A stretch of DNA of 64,000 nucleotides from Phoronis australis (taxonomy: Eukaryota; Animalia; Phoronida), in NCBI GenBank assembly GCA_002633005.1, contig NMRA01000003.1:1792727-1856726 (forward strand). Direction: 5' to 3'. Of the stretch, positions 40,701-55,700 are shown piece after piece. A program made the translations under genes and the position numbers. Numbering within the stretch: the stretch's first letter is position 1; every line of letters starts with the position of its first letter. The notes below the pieces were generated by a model. The model worked only from the letters and a program-made list of their open reading frames with translations. It was not told the origin of the DNA and searched no databases.

Positions 40701-43700
40701 AATACTTGGAGTATATTGATAAGATAGTCATGCAGGGGCTGATTGAAGTCATCAAGAGTACCATCACCTACATGTTGGATAACATGGACCCCACTAGGAC
40801 TGGACTCCTGCCCTTCTTTGAGGCCAGGATGGAGCTTCATGATCCCGAGGTGGTTTTTGTGCCATCTCTGGATTATGGCCTGGATGGCCTCGTCGATATG
40901 TGTGAGGGGATTCTCACTGATCTCTGCCAGCAAGCTAGCTACATCTCTAGGATCGCTGATCATCTTGGAGAGGACGATTATTTAGTAAGTGGCAACTGAT
41001 AGGATCTGGAATTGTTTGAAGTGTTGTCAGTAGTGACCAAATGATCAAATTTGATGGTGTCACCTGGAAGATAGGAAACCCATAGCTATCGTTGCTGATG
41101 ATGTGCTTTATTTGTTGCAGAATGACATAGATGAGGTGGATGAGCTCACAGAGCTGAGGAATGAAGTGTCTGACCGTATGCAGTCCTGTATAACTAAGGC
41201 CTGTGACTACAGACAGTCGTTTGAGAACTATGCCTACCTCTGGCTAGACAACCGTGAGGAATTCCTAGAGGGATTCCTCAAGTATTCAATTATGCAGCCT
41301 CCTGAAGAAATTGACCTTGAAATGGAAGAAGCTCCGCCCACTTTGGACCAATTCAAGGAACAGGTTAGATAGTTTTCTCTCTGTGTGCTTTTCAAGGAAA
41401 GGTACGATTTGAGTTACTTCAGCCGTTCCTTTTTCAGATATCTCTAAATTCTTTACGGGCATTTAGACCATTAACTAAGAATTCTGAATATTTGACTGTT
41501 TTGTGTCCAAGTCCAAAAAGAGTGCAGGTAATGCTATCACTGACTATCATCTCTGTTCTCACTTCCCAAATGGGAGATGGTTGTCATAAAGATACACTTG
41601 TTAGTGGTTATTGCTATCCGAACATGGCTGCTGAAGATCATTGAGGAATTGATAACTTGTAGCACCTCATATGTATTGTGTTTTACCTCATTATTTTGCT
41701 AACAATAGATTGATCATTTCGAGTATCTATACAATGAAGTGGAGGCTATAGAAGGTATTGAAGTGTTTGACCAGTGGCTGCGTGTTGATGCCAGACCATT
41801 TCGCCAGTCTCTTCTCAATGTTATCAAGAAGTGGAGCTTTATGTTCAAGCAGTACCTTATGAACCATGTAACTAATAGGTAATGTACTGCAATTATTTTG
41901 CTGTGTGTTTATACTGGTGTGACCAGGCATGCATGCAATTTGCGCAAATCTGATTGATATACATGTTGGAATTAACATAATAACATTGTTTTTCTGCCAG
42001 CATTGTCTTGTACTCTACAAATATTGCAAACTGGCGGGTTTTCTAAATCTTTACTTACCATTTTCTCTCTACTCAGCTTGACCAACTTGGCTAATTTCAT
42101 TACTGAGGCTGACAAGGGCCTGGCAGTGAAGGTCAAGGAGGGTGACTACGATGGCCTAGTTGCATGTATGGGTGTTTTACTGGCAGTAAAGGAGCGCGTA
42201 GAGAAAACAGATGATATGTTTGAGCCTCTCAAGCAGGCTATTGGTCTGCTCAAGGAGTACAACCAAGAACTTCCTGAACATGTGCACAACCTTCTTGAGG
42301 TATGAGTCCTCTTAAATCCCTTAAGCTTCTGAATCATTAACTTAAGCCAGACTTGATTTGCACCCTGTAATAATATTAAAACATTACTGGCGACTTGATG
42401 TTTATCTATCAAATAACTTAACAATGATGGATGCCGTTGTTTCCTAGCCTGTAACTTTTTGAAATTACATTGAGATTTAATTGCACTATTTTTGTTGACT
42501 GAATTACTGTTATTGAATATGAAACTAGGAGTTGCCTGAGCGCTGGAACACCACAAGGAAGACGGCTGTAACTGTCAAACAACAGATGGCTCCACTGCAG
42601 GCCACGGAAGTGGCCAATATACGCAGGTCTTGTGCCCGTTTTGATGTGAAGCAACAAGCATTCCGCGAACACTTCAAATGCATTGAGCCATTCAAGTACA
42701 AGTGCACCAACGCATATGAGCATTTGGATGAGGTAAGTATTGAAGTCTTTTGATCCGTCTTCAGTTGTTTAGTACAAGCATTCCAGGGAAGTATGTAGCT
42801 ATCACTCACACTTTTCTGTCTTCATAGTTGGATTGAACTTAATTTTAGCGAGTTTTAACATTTCTTAATGCTGGTGTACTGTCTGTGCACTATCAACTGT
42901 TAAAAGATGTTGACTTTATACAAGCATTCTGTTTGATCACATAGCAACACCGAAAGCTCATGGATATGGAGCATGCCATGTCCAAGTTGCTGGATTCGGC
43001 CAGTCTATTTGAGGTGAATGTACCGGACTTCAAGGCTCTCAAGCTATGCAGGAAGGAGTGTGTTCTGTTGAAGACCCTGTGGGACCACATCTACCTCATC
43101 ACCACCAGTATGTCTGTATGGAACACCACGCTGTGGACAGACATTAGTGTAGATGACATGGATCTGGTGTGTAAGAAGTACGCTAAGGAAGTCAGATCCC
43201 TGGACAAGGAGATGCGTGCCTGGGACGCTTACCTAGGCATTGAGAATGAGGTGAAGAACATGCTGACCTCCCTCAAGGCGGTTTCTGACTTGCAGAGTCC
43301 AGCTATACGTCTACGGCACTGGCTGGAGCTCATGCAAGCGACTGGAGTAAGTTTACAATGTAGCTTTATTTTTGATTTAAAGCATTGTTTAGTAACAGAA
43401 TACTAAATGTTGACAAACCAGAAATGAGTACCGTAGTGTTGTGGTTGTACATAAAAATAATTCTAACTGTCATGTTTTACAATTCTTTTATCTGGAATCA
43501 GTGAGAATATTTTTAAGTTGACCTGGAACCTTAAATCATGAATGTCTAGTTGTCTTTAAATGGTAGGTACAAAAATTGATTGAGTTATGGTCGATTGGAC
43601 ACTGTTCGACACTAGTGAGTTACCTGTGGTGAGTTTTATGCCATCAGTATTGTTTTCATCACAATCCATTGAAAAATGAAGTGATGAGGATGCCAATGTT

Positions 43701-46700
43701 GGTGTTCGGATATGTACCAGTAAAAGTACTATTGCACACCTTGGCAAATTACTGCACCTTCACAATTTTTTCATATCACATGTACAAATATTGAAAATGT
43801 AAATGAGCCTTTAGATTGTTTCATTTATGATAGCTGTTTATGCTGTGTATAGGTCAAGTTCAAGATGGATGAGAACACGACCCTCTTGGACGTGCTGCAG
43901 TTGCATCTTCATCAGTATGAGGACCAGGTGCATGAAATTGTGGACAAGGCTGCCAAAGAGATGGGTATGGAGAAAGTATTGAAGGAACTGGACAACACCT
44001 GGTCAGCAATAGAGTTTGAACACCAGGTGCACGCCAGGACGGGTATCATACAGCTGTTTGTGCCTGAAGAAGTGATTGAGACTCTTGAAGATAACCAGGT
44101 AGGTGCACGCTGTGGCATGAATATTCTTTACATAAAAGTGCTTTTGTGACGAAGCATTTTAGGAAATATTGTTGCCGAAGTTTCACTTGAATGAATGGAC
44201 ATCGTACTGTTTAATAATTCATCTTAAGAAATTGAAATACAAGTGATACACTCACTGTGCACATAACATTATATGCAAGCAGATTACTGACAGATATCAA
44301 AATTGCAAGAGACAATTCCTATAACAACATAATATGATCTATTTACAAAAAACAAACACACATAGAAACAAAAACATGGAAAGGCTAGTAGTTAGAATTT
44401 GAATTTGCTAGTATGTAAATGAAAGTAGATACTACATCAGAAAATTATTCAGATCTAAATTAAGTAGATGTGAACATCTTGTGTAATACAAGACACTTTA
44501 ATTTAATTCACCTTAGGGCCACAATCTTTGCATACAAAATACTATCAGTATCACTGATCACAGTTTCAGGGTTTATTTTTTCTACATCTGACTTGTAGAA
44601 TATTGCCCTGCTCCTTACAGGTGCAACTTCAAAACCTGCTCATGTCCAAGTACATAGCCTACTTCCTGGAGGAAGTGTCGTCATGGCAACAAAAGCTTTC
44701 CACATCTGACCAGGTCATTACCATTTGGTTTGAAGTACAGAGGACATGGTCACATCTAGAGAGTATCTTCATTGGCTCAGAGGACATACGTAACCAGCTG
44801 CCAGAAGATTCCAAGAGATTTGATGGAATAGATGCTAGTTTCAAGGTATGGCTCACGCTGTGTAAAGGAAGTGTAAAGGTCTTGTACACTGTACGTCTGT
44901 TTTAAGGGCTGTTCCAGTAAAATCTGTATGGGAGGGGGGGAAGGCACCTTTTTTTTCGCACCCACCACCCATATTTTTCATTTATTTCTTCAGCCTACCA
45001 CCCGTAATTTTTTATAAGTTTGAAATGCAATCACCCATAATTTTTTTTTGTTCTTGTGGTTGACTGCACAGGCGCTTGAGTTTATCTGTTCCTCCATCAC
45101 CTCTAACATCATTCATTACTAAGAAAACATGTGTTTCTTATATATGGTTATTAGCCATTGAGAAATTCGAGCACCTGTGGTTAAATGGTATTATTTGCAT
45201 GCCGATGAGGAGATGGAGGGAGTGAAAAAGTCGGAGCTTTTTGCAAGTTATATTTTTGTTTCAGTTTTTGATTCTGTGCGGATTGTTTATAAAATTTACT
45301 AAAATTACCCACCATCAAACATTTATGGCCCAATGAAACAACAACGACCTGTAAATTATTATTTTTTTGAAGTACGACCACCAGCCATTTTGAATTTAAA
45401 TCAAACGCAACCACCCATAAATTTTTATTTCAGTTGCCTTCCCCCCCTCCCACACAGATTTTGCTGGAACAGCCCTAGGTGTGAATTCACTTTCAGTTGC
45501 TGTTTTTGCCATTGCGGTCTACTGCCCTAGTCTGCAGAAGGTCTGTATAGATTAAGCTTTATTTTGTGTTAAAGGAGCTTGTGAGTGAAGTTGAGAGCAC
45601 AAAGAATGTTGTCAAGTCGACTAACATACCTGGTCTGTACAAACGTCTAGAGGCTCTTCAATCTGACTTGGTGTTATGTGAGAAAGCCCTTGCGCAGTAC
45701 TTAGAAACCAAGCGCCTGGAGTTCCCACGGTTTTATTTCGTCTCATCCAATGACTTGCTGGATATCCTGTCCAATGGAAATGATCCACCTGCTGTAAGTG
45801 AACTTAACTTTCAAGTTGAAAAGTGTCACGCTGTGTGTTTTATACTTGAAAGACTGTAAAAATGATGCCGCCACAATTTTTTGGGGTTCATAATTGTGAG
45901 AATCACTGTGTGTTACAGGTCGCAAAGCACTTGTCCAAACTGTTTGACAGCTTGTCTGACCTAAGGTTTCTCACATCTGAAGACGAAGAGCAACTGAAAG
46001 TCGCTGACGCCATGTATAGCAAAGATGGAGAGATGGTACCGTTCTGCGACAGCTGTGACTGTAGTGGACAAGTCAGTCTTGTCTTAATTGTCATGTTTAA
46101 CTTGCATGTGTAGTTCTCATTGTTTGTGGTCATTTATCCATACTGAAATGTTCTCTTGGTGTTTATTACTGGTATTAGACGTTGTTTATTACACAGGCAC
46201 TTGATTCCATTCGTAATTTCAGTTTTGCAAATTCTAAAATTAGCCCGTTTTATGAGGAACGTTGGCTGTTTTATCAGGTGGAGGTATGGTTGAACCGTAT
46301 CCTTGATACGATGCGCGACACCGTGCGCTCGGTGTGTAGCGAGGCCATTATTGGGTATGAAGACAAACCTAGACATAACTGGATATTTGACTATCCTGCT
46401 CAAGTCTCGCTCACAGTCTCACAGATATGGTGGTCAGTTGAGGTCAACATGGCTTTTGGTCGGCTGGAGGAAGGCTACGAGAATGCACTGAAAGATTTTA
46501 GCAAGAAACAGGTTGGTATGTTTTACCTTTGGCATGTTTCGTACTCTGTGTTGTTAGCCTCTTATGCCAAGGCAGCATCAGATGTTTACGGCTTGATTGT
46601 GATTTTTCAAGTGCGTGAAGAGGTTAGTTTGAATTTTCCGTCACATTGTTCGGTAATTCTCATGTACCTGTGTCGTGGATTGAGATAAGACTGGTTTGAG

Positions 46701-49700
46701 CAACACGTTGAGTAATCAAGTACATTGTCTTGTAGATAACTCAGCTAAATGATTTGATTGGACTTCTACTGGGAGATCTTAGTGAAGCTGACCGCCAGAA
46801 GATAATGACCATCAGTACTATTGATGTGCACGCTCGTGATGTTGTCACCAAGATGATTCAGAACCGAGCGGAGAACTCACAGTCATTCATGTGGCAGTCG
46901 CAGCTGAGACACCGATGGGATGAGAACCTCAAGGACTGCTTTGTTAACATCTGTGACGCTCAGTTCCAGTACCAGCACGAGTACTTGGGCAACACGTCAC
47001 GCCTTGTGATCACACCACTCACGGACAGGTGCTACATTACTCTGACACAGTCACTACACCTGATTATGGGTGGGGCACCTGCAGGGCCAGCAGGTAGGCT
47101 CAGTCGTGCTCTGTACTGCTTCTTTAGTTGCACTATAAAATTGTTGGTAGTGAAGATGCTGCAAGTAGGTCCATGATGATTTTAGGACTGAATTCAACTA
47201 CACATTGTACAGATGAGAATGAAGCAGATACGTGTGGCACTTATAGCTGGCACTATTTTCAGGAACTGGTAAAACTGAAACAACCAAGGACCTTGGCAAG
47301 GCTTTGGGCATGATGGTTTATGTCTTTAACTGCTCAGAGCAGATGGATTATAAGGTAACTCTGTTAAACTGACAGCTGAACTGAACATTGCAGAAAACAT
47401 TCTGCTGGTCGCGAGTAGTGTGCTCTGAGGAGACATAATCAGTTTTGAGGTTAAAAACTGGAATTTTGAGATTATTTATTGGTTGGATAGACTCAATGAA
47501 TTTTTGGCTGTGAAACAAAAAAATCTTCAATTTTGTGATTTTATTAGAAATCACAGATTCTTAGTGCTGGCCTCCAGGCATTCGGTGGAATTGACTGAAA
47601 TCGAGGCTGTTGACATCACTGAGTGCACTTAAAACACTCAACAGCTTGCTAAACTGGCTTTTAGCTCTGCTATCAAAGTATTGCATTATGACCACTGAGG
47701 TATTCAGGGCAATTCTGTCTTGGTGCTCGTGGTTTCAGGTACATAAGTTTGTTGCCATTACTGTTGCTTAAGGTTATGTAGAACATTATCGACAGGTACG
47801 TGTATTTAGTCAAATATCTACAAAACCGTAGATTTTAACTCAGTTAAAGCAGAAAGCCTGTAGAATTTGATTTTTGATTTTTTACAGGGTCTGTCCTTAA
47901 TTGGGTCGCATGACTATGTCTTTTAAGTAACATTAGGCAAAAAAGAAAGGTACTTGATAGTAAGACGTTGGTAACAATAACATGACCAAATTTCTTTTGA
48001 TATAATTGTTCGAGATGAAGTCTCAAAAACGCTGTCAGTTACAAATTTCTAAATCATCGTTTCATTTTATGCATCTTTTGAAATTTTTCTCAAACAACTT
48101 AAAGGTCCTTTTTATAACCTCTCATCTAAAAGTGGAACATTCTGAAAGCAATTCCTCACAGTATGTTGGAGTGAAGTGCATTAACCATTACCTGAAAGTT
48201 TCACATGAATCTGATCAGCCGCTATGTTTCTGAAGTTAGCCAAATTAGGACATTCATCTAGAGTCCTACGTATAACCTTAAAAGAGTATCTGACTGCACT
48301 GATGCTACATCATATTACTTACATGTTGAGGCCCATCTGTTGACAAATATTTGTTGTAGTCCTGTGCCAATGTTTACAAAGGCCTAGCCCAGACTGGTGC
48401 CTGGGGCTGCTTCGATGAATTCAACCGTATCTCTGTGGAGGTGTTGTCTGTAGTGGCAGTGCAGGTGAAGACCATTCAGGATGCCATCAAGGCCAAGAAG
48501 GACGTGTTCAACTTCCAGGGAGAGACTATTCAACTGGTGGCCACGGTTGGCGTCTTCATCACCATGAACCCTGGCTACGCTGGTAGGACTGAGCTACCAG
48601 AGAACTTGAAAACTCTGTTCAGGTAACACTAGACTGCCATCAGTTGTACAAGTATACAGTAACCTGACACTTGTGCATTAAAGTAACGGCCATTATTATA
48701 ATCAAATGTATTGAATTTGGGGATCTCTGTTCTGTATGTATCGGCTTGGAAATATTGTGCAAAATATTTTTCTCATCCTATAGACCATGTGCTATGGTCG
48801 TGCCAGACTTTGAATTAATATGCGAGATCATGCTGGTTGCGGAGGGTTTTCTTGAGGCGAGACTTCTAGCCAGGAAGTTCATAACACTCTATCAGCTGTG
48901 TAAGGAGCTACTGTCCAAACAAGATCATTACGACTGGGGTCTGCGTGCCATTAAGTCGGTGTTGGTCGTGGCTGGTAAACTGAAGCGAGATGACCCAGGC
49001 CGTGCTGAAGATCAGGTAGAAACACCTCATAGTTCTTTCTCCTTGCATTGGGGATTTAATCTCATATCTCATCTTCAGACTATTTTTGAGTTTTTGTTCA
49101 TTCAGCACTGGCATCAATTAATTAACACGTTTCTCAAATTTTCACGATTTCCATTTCTATGAATTTCCAGGTGTTAATGCGAGCTCTTCGAGACTTCAAT
49201 GTTCCTAAGATAATAACTGACGACATCCCTGTTTTCCATGGTCTGATTGGAGATCTGTTCCCTGCCCTTGATGTACCACGTAAACGGGACCCTGATTTTG
49301 AGAAACGAATCAGAAAGGCAACACTTGACCTGAAGTTACAACCTGAGGATGGATTTGTTTTGAAGGTTATTTTTGTTATTCAATAATTTATGCTCTCCAG
49401 CAGACTGAATACCTTTTATGTGTGTAGATATAAGATTCTAATGTAGATTTAAACTGGTTAACATGTTAATGGCTTAGTGTATCTCAAATTTCATCAAATA
49501 GCTTTTCCAAGTATTATCAACCCTCATTTTCAGAAAACCACATAAAAAACACTCCCGGCCAAAGAGTGTCGAGAAAACGAACAATACTTTAAGTTGTGTG
49601 ATTCATGTGTGATACAATACCTGTAGCTAATTACTGCACTTTTATTTTCAATGTGTTGCAAAATTTCCATGACAATGTGGTCAGTCTTTTATTACAATTT

Positions 49701-52700
49701 TGCTGTATATGGTTGAGAAAAATGGGTCTTGAATTAAAATTGCTTTGTGCTCTTCATAACAAGTTATTTCATTATGCAATACATCGCATTTCCCTAATAG
49801 CAAATGTGATTGCTTCTTACTGGTCGAGATTACAATAGCCACTTACCTCAGCACATAGTCTTTGTGACCGGCCATTTTTGTTCAGTTATTAGGAAATGGC
49901 ATCAATGGTAACTGCTGCGTGTTTGTGGCAACATTCTTCCCACTTATTTTAGACACTGTGGCTATGAAAAGAATAGTTTCGTTATAATTGAAATTTTAAA
50001 CTGTCTCGTAATTGTTTGATTAAGGACAATAGAAAAATTGAGAAGTAGTCCGCATAGTAGTTGGTGTATATTCCTTTGTTGATTTGTTCCAACCTCTAGT
50101 GGTGTGTAACCTGTCTGAACAGCAAAATGGGTCGACTTGACTTGTGGACACCACCGATTATCAGAGTGATGGTAATCAGTCGAGACCTCGGAGTAATAAG
50201 CAATTGAAGCATTTATCACTATTTCAGCATATTTAGCTACAATATGTTGATTATTCTTGGAAATCCAATATCTATCTACAAAATTGTTCAGTTTACTTAC
50301 AACTACATCGAGGCTGACATCTTGTGACTATACTAACCCTAGTTCGTATCTTGGTTGGACCATTATTAGGTTCAAAAGCTGAATGGTTCGACTACAGGGG
50401 CTGAATACAGGCGTTTACCTCAATTTATAATGACTATAGTCCGGTCAATAGTCCCAACTGAAAATGGCGTAGTAACTCTGACTACTTGGTAATTGCTTTT
50501 TAATGGGTAATTTCTTCTCTGTCCACCAGGTGGTTCAGCTGCAAGAGTTGTTTGATGTGCGCCACTCAGTGTTCATTGTGGGCACCGCTGGCACAGGAAA
50601 GAGTAAGGTGTGGAATACACTATTTAGAACCAATCAAATTATAAGGAAGAAGCCAGTCGCTCAGGACCTCAACCCCAAGGCAGTGACCAATGATGAACTG
50701 TACGGGATTATCAACCCTACGACAAGAGAGTGGACAGACGGTTTGTGAAACTTAGGGGGTACTCAGAGCCTTAAATTTATCCATTTCGCTCCCAGAAAGT
50801 TATTACTCTTTTATTACAGTTTATGCTTTATTTTAGCACTTTTCACACATAACTAACGCACTGTTTCTGACAGAAATGGGCCACAGCTTGCTATGATATG
50901 CAAAAGGTTACGCAGTGCACACCTCCGTCAGGGTCAGAGCATGAACATTGATTCCATGGCGTGCTGTGTGACGAGCTTTGTTGGTAGTTTGGAAATGTGC
51001 ATCACAACTTATTCACAAACTATGAATTTCAGGCTGCGATTTTTTTGCCTCTTTGTGTAATTGTGATTACTTGGTTCATGGACAATAGCGTCTGAGTCTG
51101 ACGTAGAAAAGGCTGCCTTAGTCAACCTGAATATACTTGATACTTGAGTATACAACAGTAGTGTCACTGACAAGTCAACATACACTGTCTCATAAACTAC
51201 TGAACACAAACACTTTTAAGTCTGGTCATCACACCACCTATGACCACATCACATGACCTAATGAATATAAGTCAGAGAAGATTTCTGCTCCAACAACTGA
51301 ACCTTGGTCATGTCACAACTGGTATTCAATAACCTCAAAAGAACATCTCCAAATTCTACTACTCATGTACTACCACATGACCGATAGGATTGATTGCTCA
51401 TTCAGCAAAAATTATGCAACCTTTTTCTCTTCTCTTGCTGTGCGAATGCACAGTCTTGGATTGCAGTGCATATGCAGAGATCTGGAGATGAGGGATGAGA
51501 AAGAGGTTGCCTGATTGTTGGCAAAGATCAATTGTTGTTGCAATGAGTTCCTGTGAATGGTTGCTTTATGGTTATTTTGTTAGGACTTTTCTCCGTCATC
51601 ATGCGCGACATGTCCAATCTGACACACGATGGCCCTAAGTGGATAGTTCTGGATGGAGACATAGACCCTATGTGGATTGAGTCGCTCAACACAGTGATGG
51701 ATGATAACAAGATGCTGACCCTGGCAAGTAATGAACGTATTCCTCTGACCCCTTCCATGAGACTGCTGTTTGAGGTTGGCAATCTGCGCTGTGCCACGCC
51801 AGCCACTGTCTCCAGGGCTGGCATACTTTATATTAACCCGGCAGATTTGGGATGGAATCCGTAAGTTGAACCCAGAAAGTGCCGTTTTGTTTACATTATA
51901 TCACATACAAGCAGTACAGATCTCACTGAATTCCCTACTGGTTTTAGCATAAACGTGATTGTGGTGAGCAGAAAAACTCTATCTGTATGTCACCCAAGTG
52001 TGTTTAAAGGTATGCAGTACCTTAACGACAAGTGTGAGTATTAAGCCAAGTATCTACAAAACTAGATTTCAGCTTTTTGTAAATGTAAATGTAAATGTAC
52101 ATATTGTCTGAAGTAGAAAGCCCAAAGAACTGAATTTTGGGTTTTTACCAACCTGTTATTAATTGGGTCACATAAACAGTTTTGTTAGTAAGATTTAGAA
52201 AAAGAAAGATACATTTTGATAACAATGCAACTGTATGACTTTTTGTGGATTTTTTTCATGAAAGTCATAAAAGTCTTATTTTTTGATAGCCCCTCATGCA
52301 AAATTGGAACATTTTAAAAACAATTTCCTACAGTATAGCACCTGAAAGTTTCACATGAATCTGATCTGCTATTTTTGAGAACTGATGTTCCAAAGTTTTA
52401 GCCAAATCTGGACTTTCTGAACAGGTCCTATGTAATCTTGAATGCTGGCATGTACTTGATGGTACAAGTTTTCAATTCACATTGGGTCAGTAATGCAGTT
52501 AACCTTGTTTGCAGCTATGTGGCATCATGGCTAGATACACGCCAGGCTCAGACAGAGAAAGCCAACCTAATGATTTTGTTTGATAAGTATGTGCCGACCT
52601 GCCTGGAGGCACTGCGCACCAACTTCAAGAAGATCACACCTGTGGTAGAAATTAGCCATATTCAGATGCTCTGCTTCTTGCTAGAGGTGATGCTCACTGA

Positions 52701-55700
52701 AGAGAACTCACCACATGACAGTAATAAAGATATCTATGAACTCTACTTTGTTTTCTGTTGCGTCTGGGCATTTGGTGGCACCATGTTCCAGGACCAGGTA
52801 AAGCTGGCTTTGTAGTATATTGATGATTAATATGCTGCATTACACTGTTGAAAGGCAATTTTAAATTGATAACTCACCTTCTTCTCGGTGTTTGGCATGA
52901 GTTCTGCAAACTTCATACTTTCATTTCAACTTTCAGAGTTCATTAATCTTTGTGTTTTTGCTGCTGATCTGTTCCTTCCTCTCATAAAGTGCCAAACATT
53001 TCTCCGCTAAGATAACGCAGAGCCTGGTCTGGCTGCTTCATCAGACTTGTAAAATTTCAAGTTTCTTGGAATGGCTCAGGACTCGAGCTAGCATTGTTAT
53101 TTGTTAATATACTTTATAGAACATGTTACTTTCTCTGCATGTTTGCGTGTAATTATGCATTTGTGTGATTTCTAGTTGATCGACTATCGTAAAGAGTTCA
53201 GTAAATGGTGGGTGATTGAGTTCAAGACTGTGAAGTTTCCCAGTGCCGGTACAGTTTTTGACTACTATATTGATCCTCACACGCACAAGTTTGAGCCGTG
53301 GAGTAAGAGTACAACAGCGTTTGATCTGAATCCGGAGCTACCACTACAGGTGTGTTCAAACTATATCATAATGCGTTTTCTCTGCTTATGTTTATTATGG
53401 TACACATTTGTTGGTTATAATTCTACAGTTGAACACTCACCCCTTGAAATGTGAATGCCCAATCTGCATCATGACATGCTTCACCTTTTTTGTGTATGCA
53501 TTAGCTGAGATGACTGGTGTTTACTGTGTCTGCAGGATGCTCTAGTGCACACAGCCGACACTACAGCTCTGTCCTACTTCATGTGCTTACTTGTGGGCAC
53601 CAAGCGCCCTGTCATGTTGGTGGGTAATGCTGGCACTGGCAAGACAGTACTGATGCACGATACACTGCATCGCATGGATACTGCCACCTACAGCCTGACT
53701 AATGTACCTTTCAACTTCTACACTACCTCAGAGATGCTGCAGGTTGTACTAGAGAAGCCACTGGAGAAGAAAGCTGGCAGAAACTTTGGTCCACCAGGCA
53801 ACCGGCGCATGATCTACTTCATTGATGATCTTAACATGCCTGAGGTAATGTGCTCAATTTGCAATTTTGTTATAATTTCGTTTTGTTTTTGTATCTCGCG
53901 TGAAATGCTTGATTGATACAATTTGAAAGTTTGTATTTTCAGGTTGATCAGTACTACACAGTACAGCCACACACTCTTATTCGCCAACATCTTGACTATA
54001 ATCACTGGTATGACCGCAATAAACTCACGTTAAAGGAAATACGTAACACACAGTATACAGCCTGCATGAACCCAACGGCTGGAAGTTTTACTATCAATCC
54101 AAGACTTCTTGTAAGTTATATAATAATGATTTTATTAGAATCACACAAGTAACAGAGAAAGAAAAGAAAAACGTAAAAAACAAGACAAAAAGTAACAGTA
54201 CAAGACAGTGCAAGACACGGATAACATAAAAATTCAAAGATTTGTTTCTATTATGATCCATTATGTGCTGATGAATATTATAAAATGTTCCTAGTACAAC
54301 CTTTAGCTGTTTTAATGTTATGTCGATGCAGGATACTCCTGATTGTAAACATGCTGAATTTGTTGTGCTTGTTTGATATTGGCAATATGTATTTAGTACT
54401 ACACTGGTCCCTCTGTTCTGATCTTGACACTACCGTTATTACAGCGCCACTTTTGTGTGTTTGCCGTCAGCTCTCAGGGCAGTGACGCCCTCAACACCAT
54501 TTATGGAACCATACTTAGCCAGCACCTGTCGCACCACAAGTTCACCCCAAACATCAACAGGCTTGCGCCCCTGATCAACCAAGCTGCACTTTCATTACAT
54601 CGACAGATGGCTGCCACCTTCCTACCTACTGCCATTAAGTTCCACTATGTCTTCAATTTGCGCGACCTCTCAAATATATATCAGGTAGCGTGAGATTTTG
54701 TACTGGACCTTGTGCATTCAGTCAAATATCTGCAAAACTATAAAGTTTGTTATAGCAGAAAAGAGGTACATTGATAGTAGAACAACGGCATCATTTGCAT
54801 GTAACCAAATTTTGTTTTACATAAAAGTTCAATGTGAAATCTCAAAAAGACCGTTTAAGTTTTCTAAGTTATTAAATTAATATGGACTTCCATTTCATAT
54901 AATTTCTGATTTTTTTTCACAAAGTTATTGTTCCTATTTTTACAGCTGCTTTTGTAAAAGGGGATCATTTTGAAACATTATTTTCTTAACAGTGTTTTGA
55001 AGAATCATCCACAGAGTACAGTATGTGAACTTTTCACACGAGTCTAATCAGCCATTTCAAAGTTAGCGTAGTGTCCCACATATTAAACCTTAATCAGCAA
55101 ATCTTTTTTAAGTTTGAATGCACTACATCCCTTCCATGTTCCAATTTTGTTCTTTAGTATACATAAGTTTGAGCGATGGATTGACCATCTGAGTACAGAC
55201 ACGTGATTAGAATTATATTCTAGTGTTTTTGTTTGCAGAGGTTCCTCCAGTGCATGCCAGAGACTCTTAAGTACCCATTAGACTTTGTGCGACTCTGGAT
55301 GCATGAAGCAGAGCGAGTGTATTGTGATAAGTTGGTTGATGCCCAGGATACTAAGCTGTTCCACCTCACGCTTAAAGATATTGTTAAGAAAACATTTGAT
55401 GTAAGGTTCACTTGTATTGATTGGTCTATTGGGTAGGCTATTTGTTAGATGTATCTTCAATAATTAAGAGTCACCAAAAGTCTTGCTATGGAAGGTGTAG
55501 TTTTGGTGTCAGCATGCTAACACAGGACAGCTTAAGTGTCGATGTTTAATTCTGCAACCTACAGTGTGTGTTCATGTACTTAAAATGATAGTGATGTGTA
55601 TGTGTGTTTGATTTATGTAAATTTTCAAGTCGGTGCTTGGTACATTTACGATGTAATCAATACACTTTTTTCAGGACGTTGGCGAGGATGTGTTTGATGA

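Noticed and set aside
47080-47280. Apparently broken AAA1 P-loop (ORF reads GPAGRLS)
   Set aside because: A phase-1 intron (47094-47262) splits the motif; the spliced sequence is an intact GPAGTGKT
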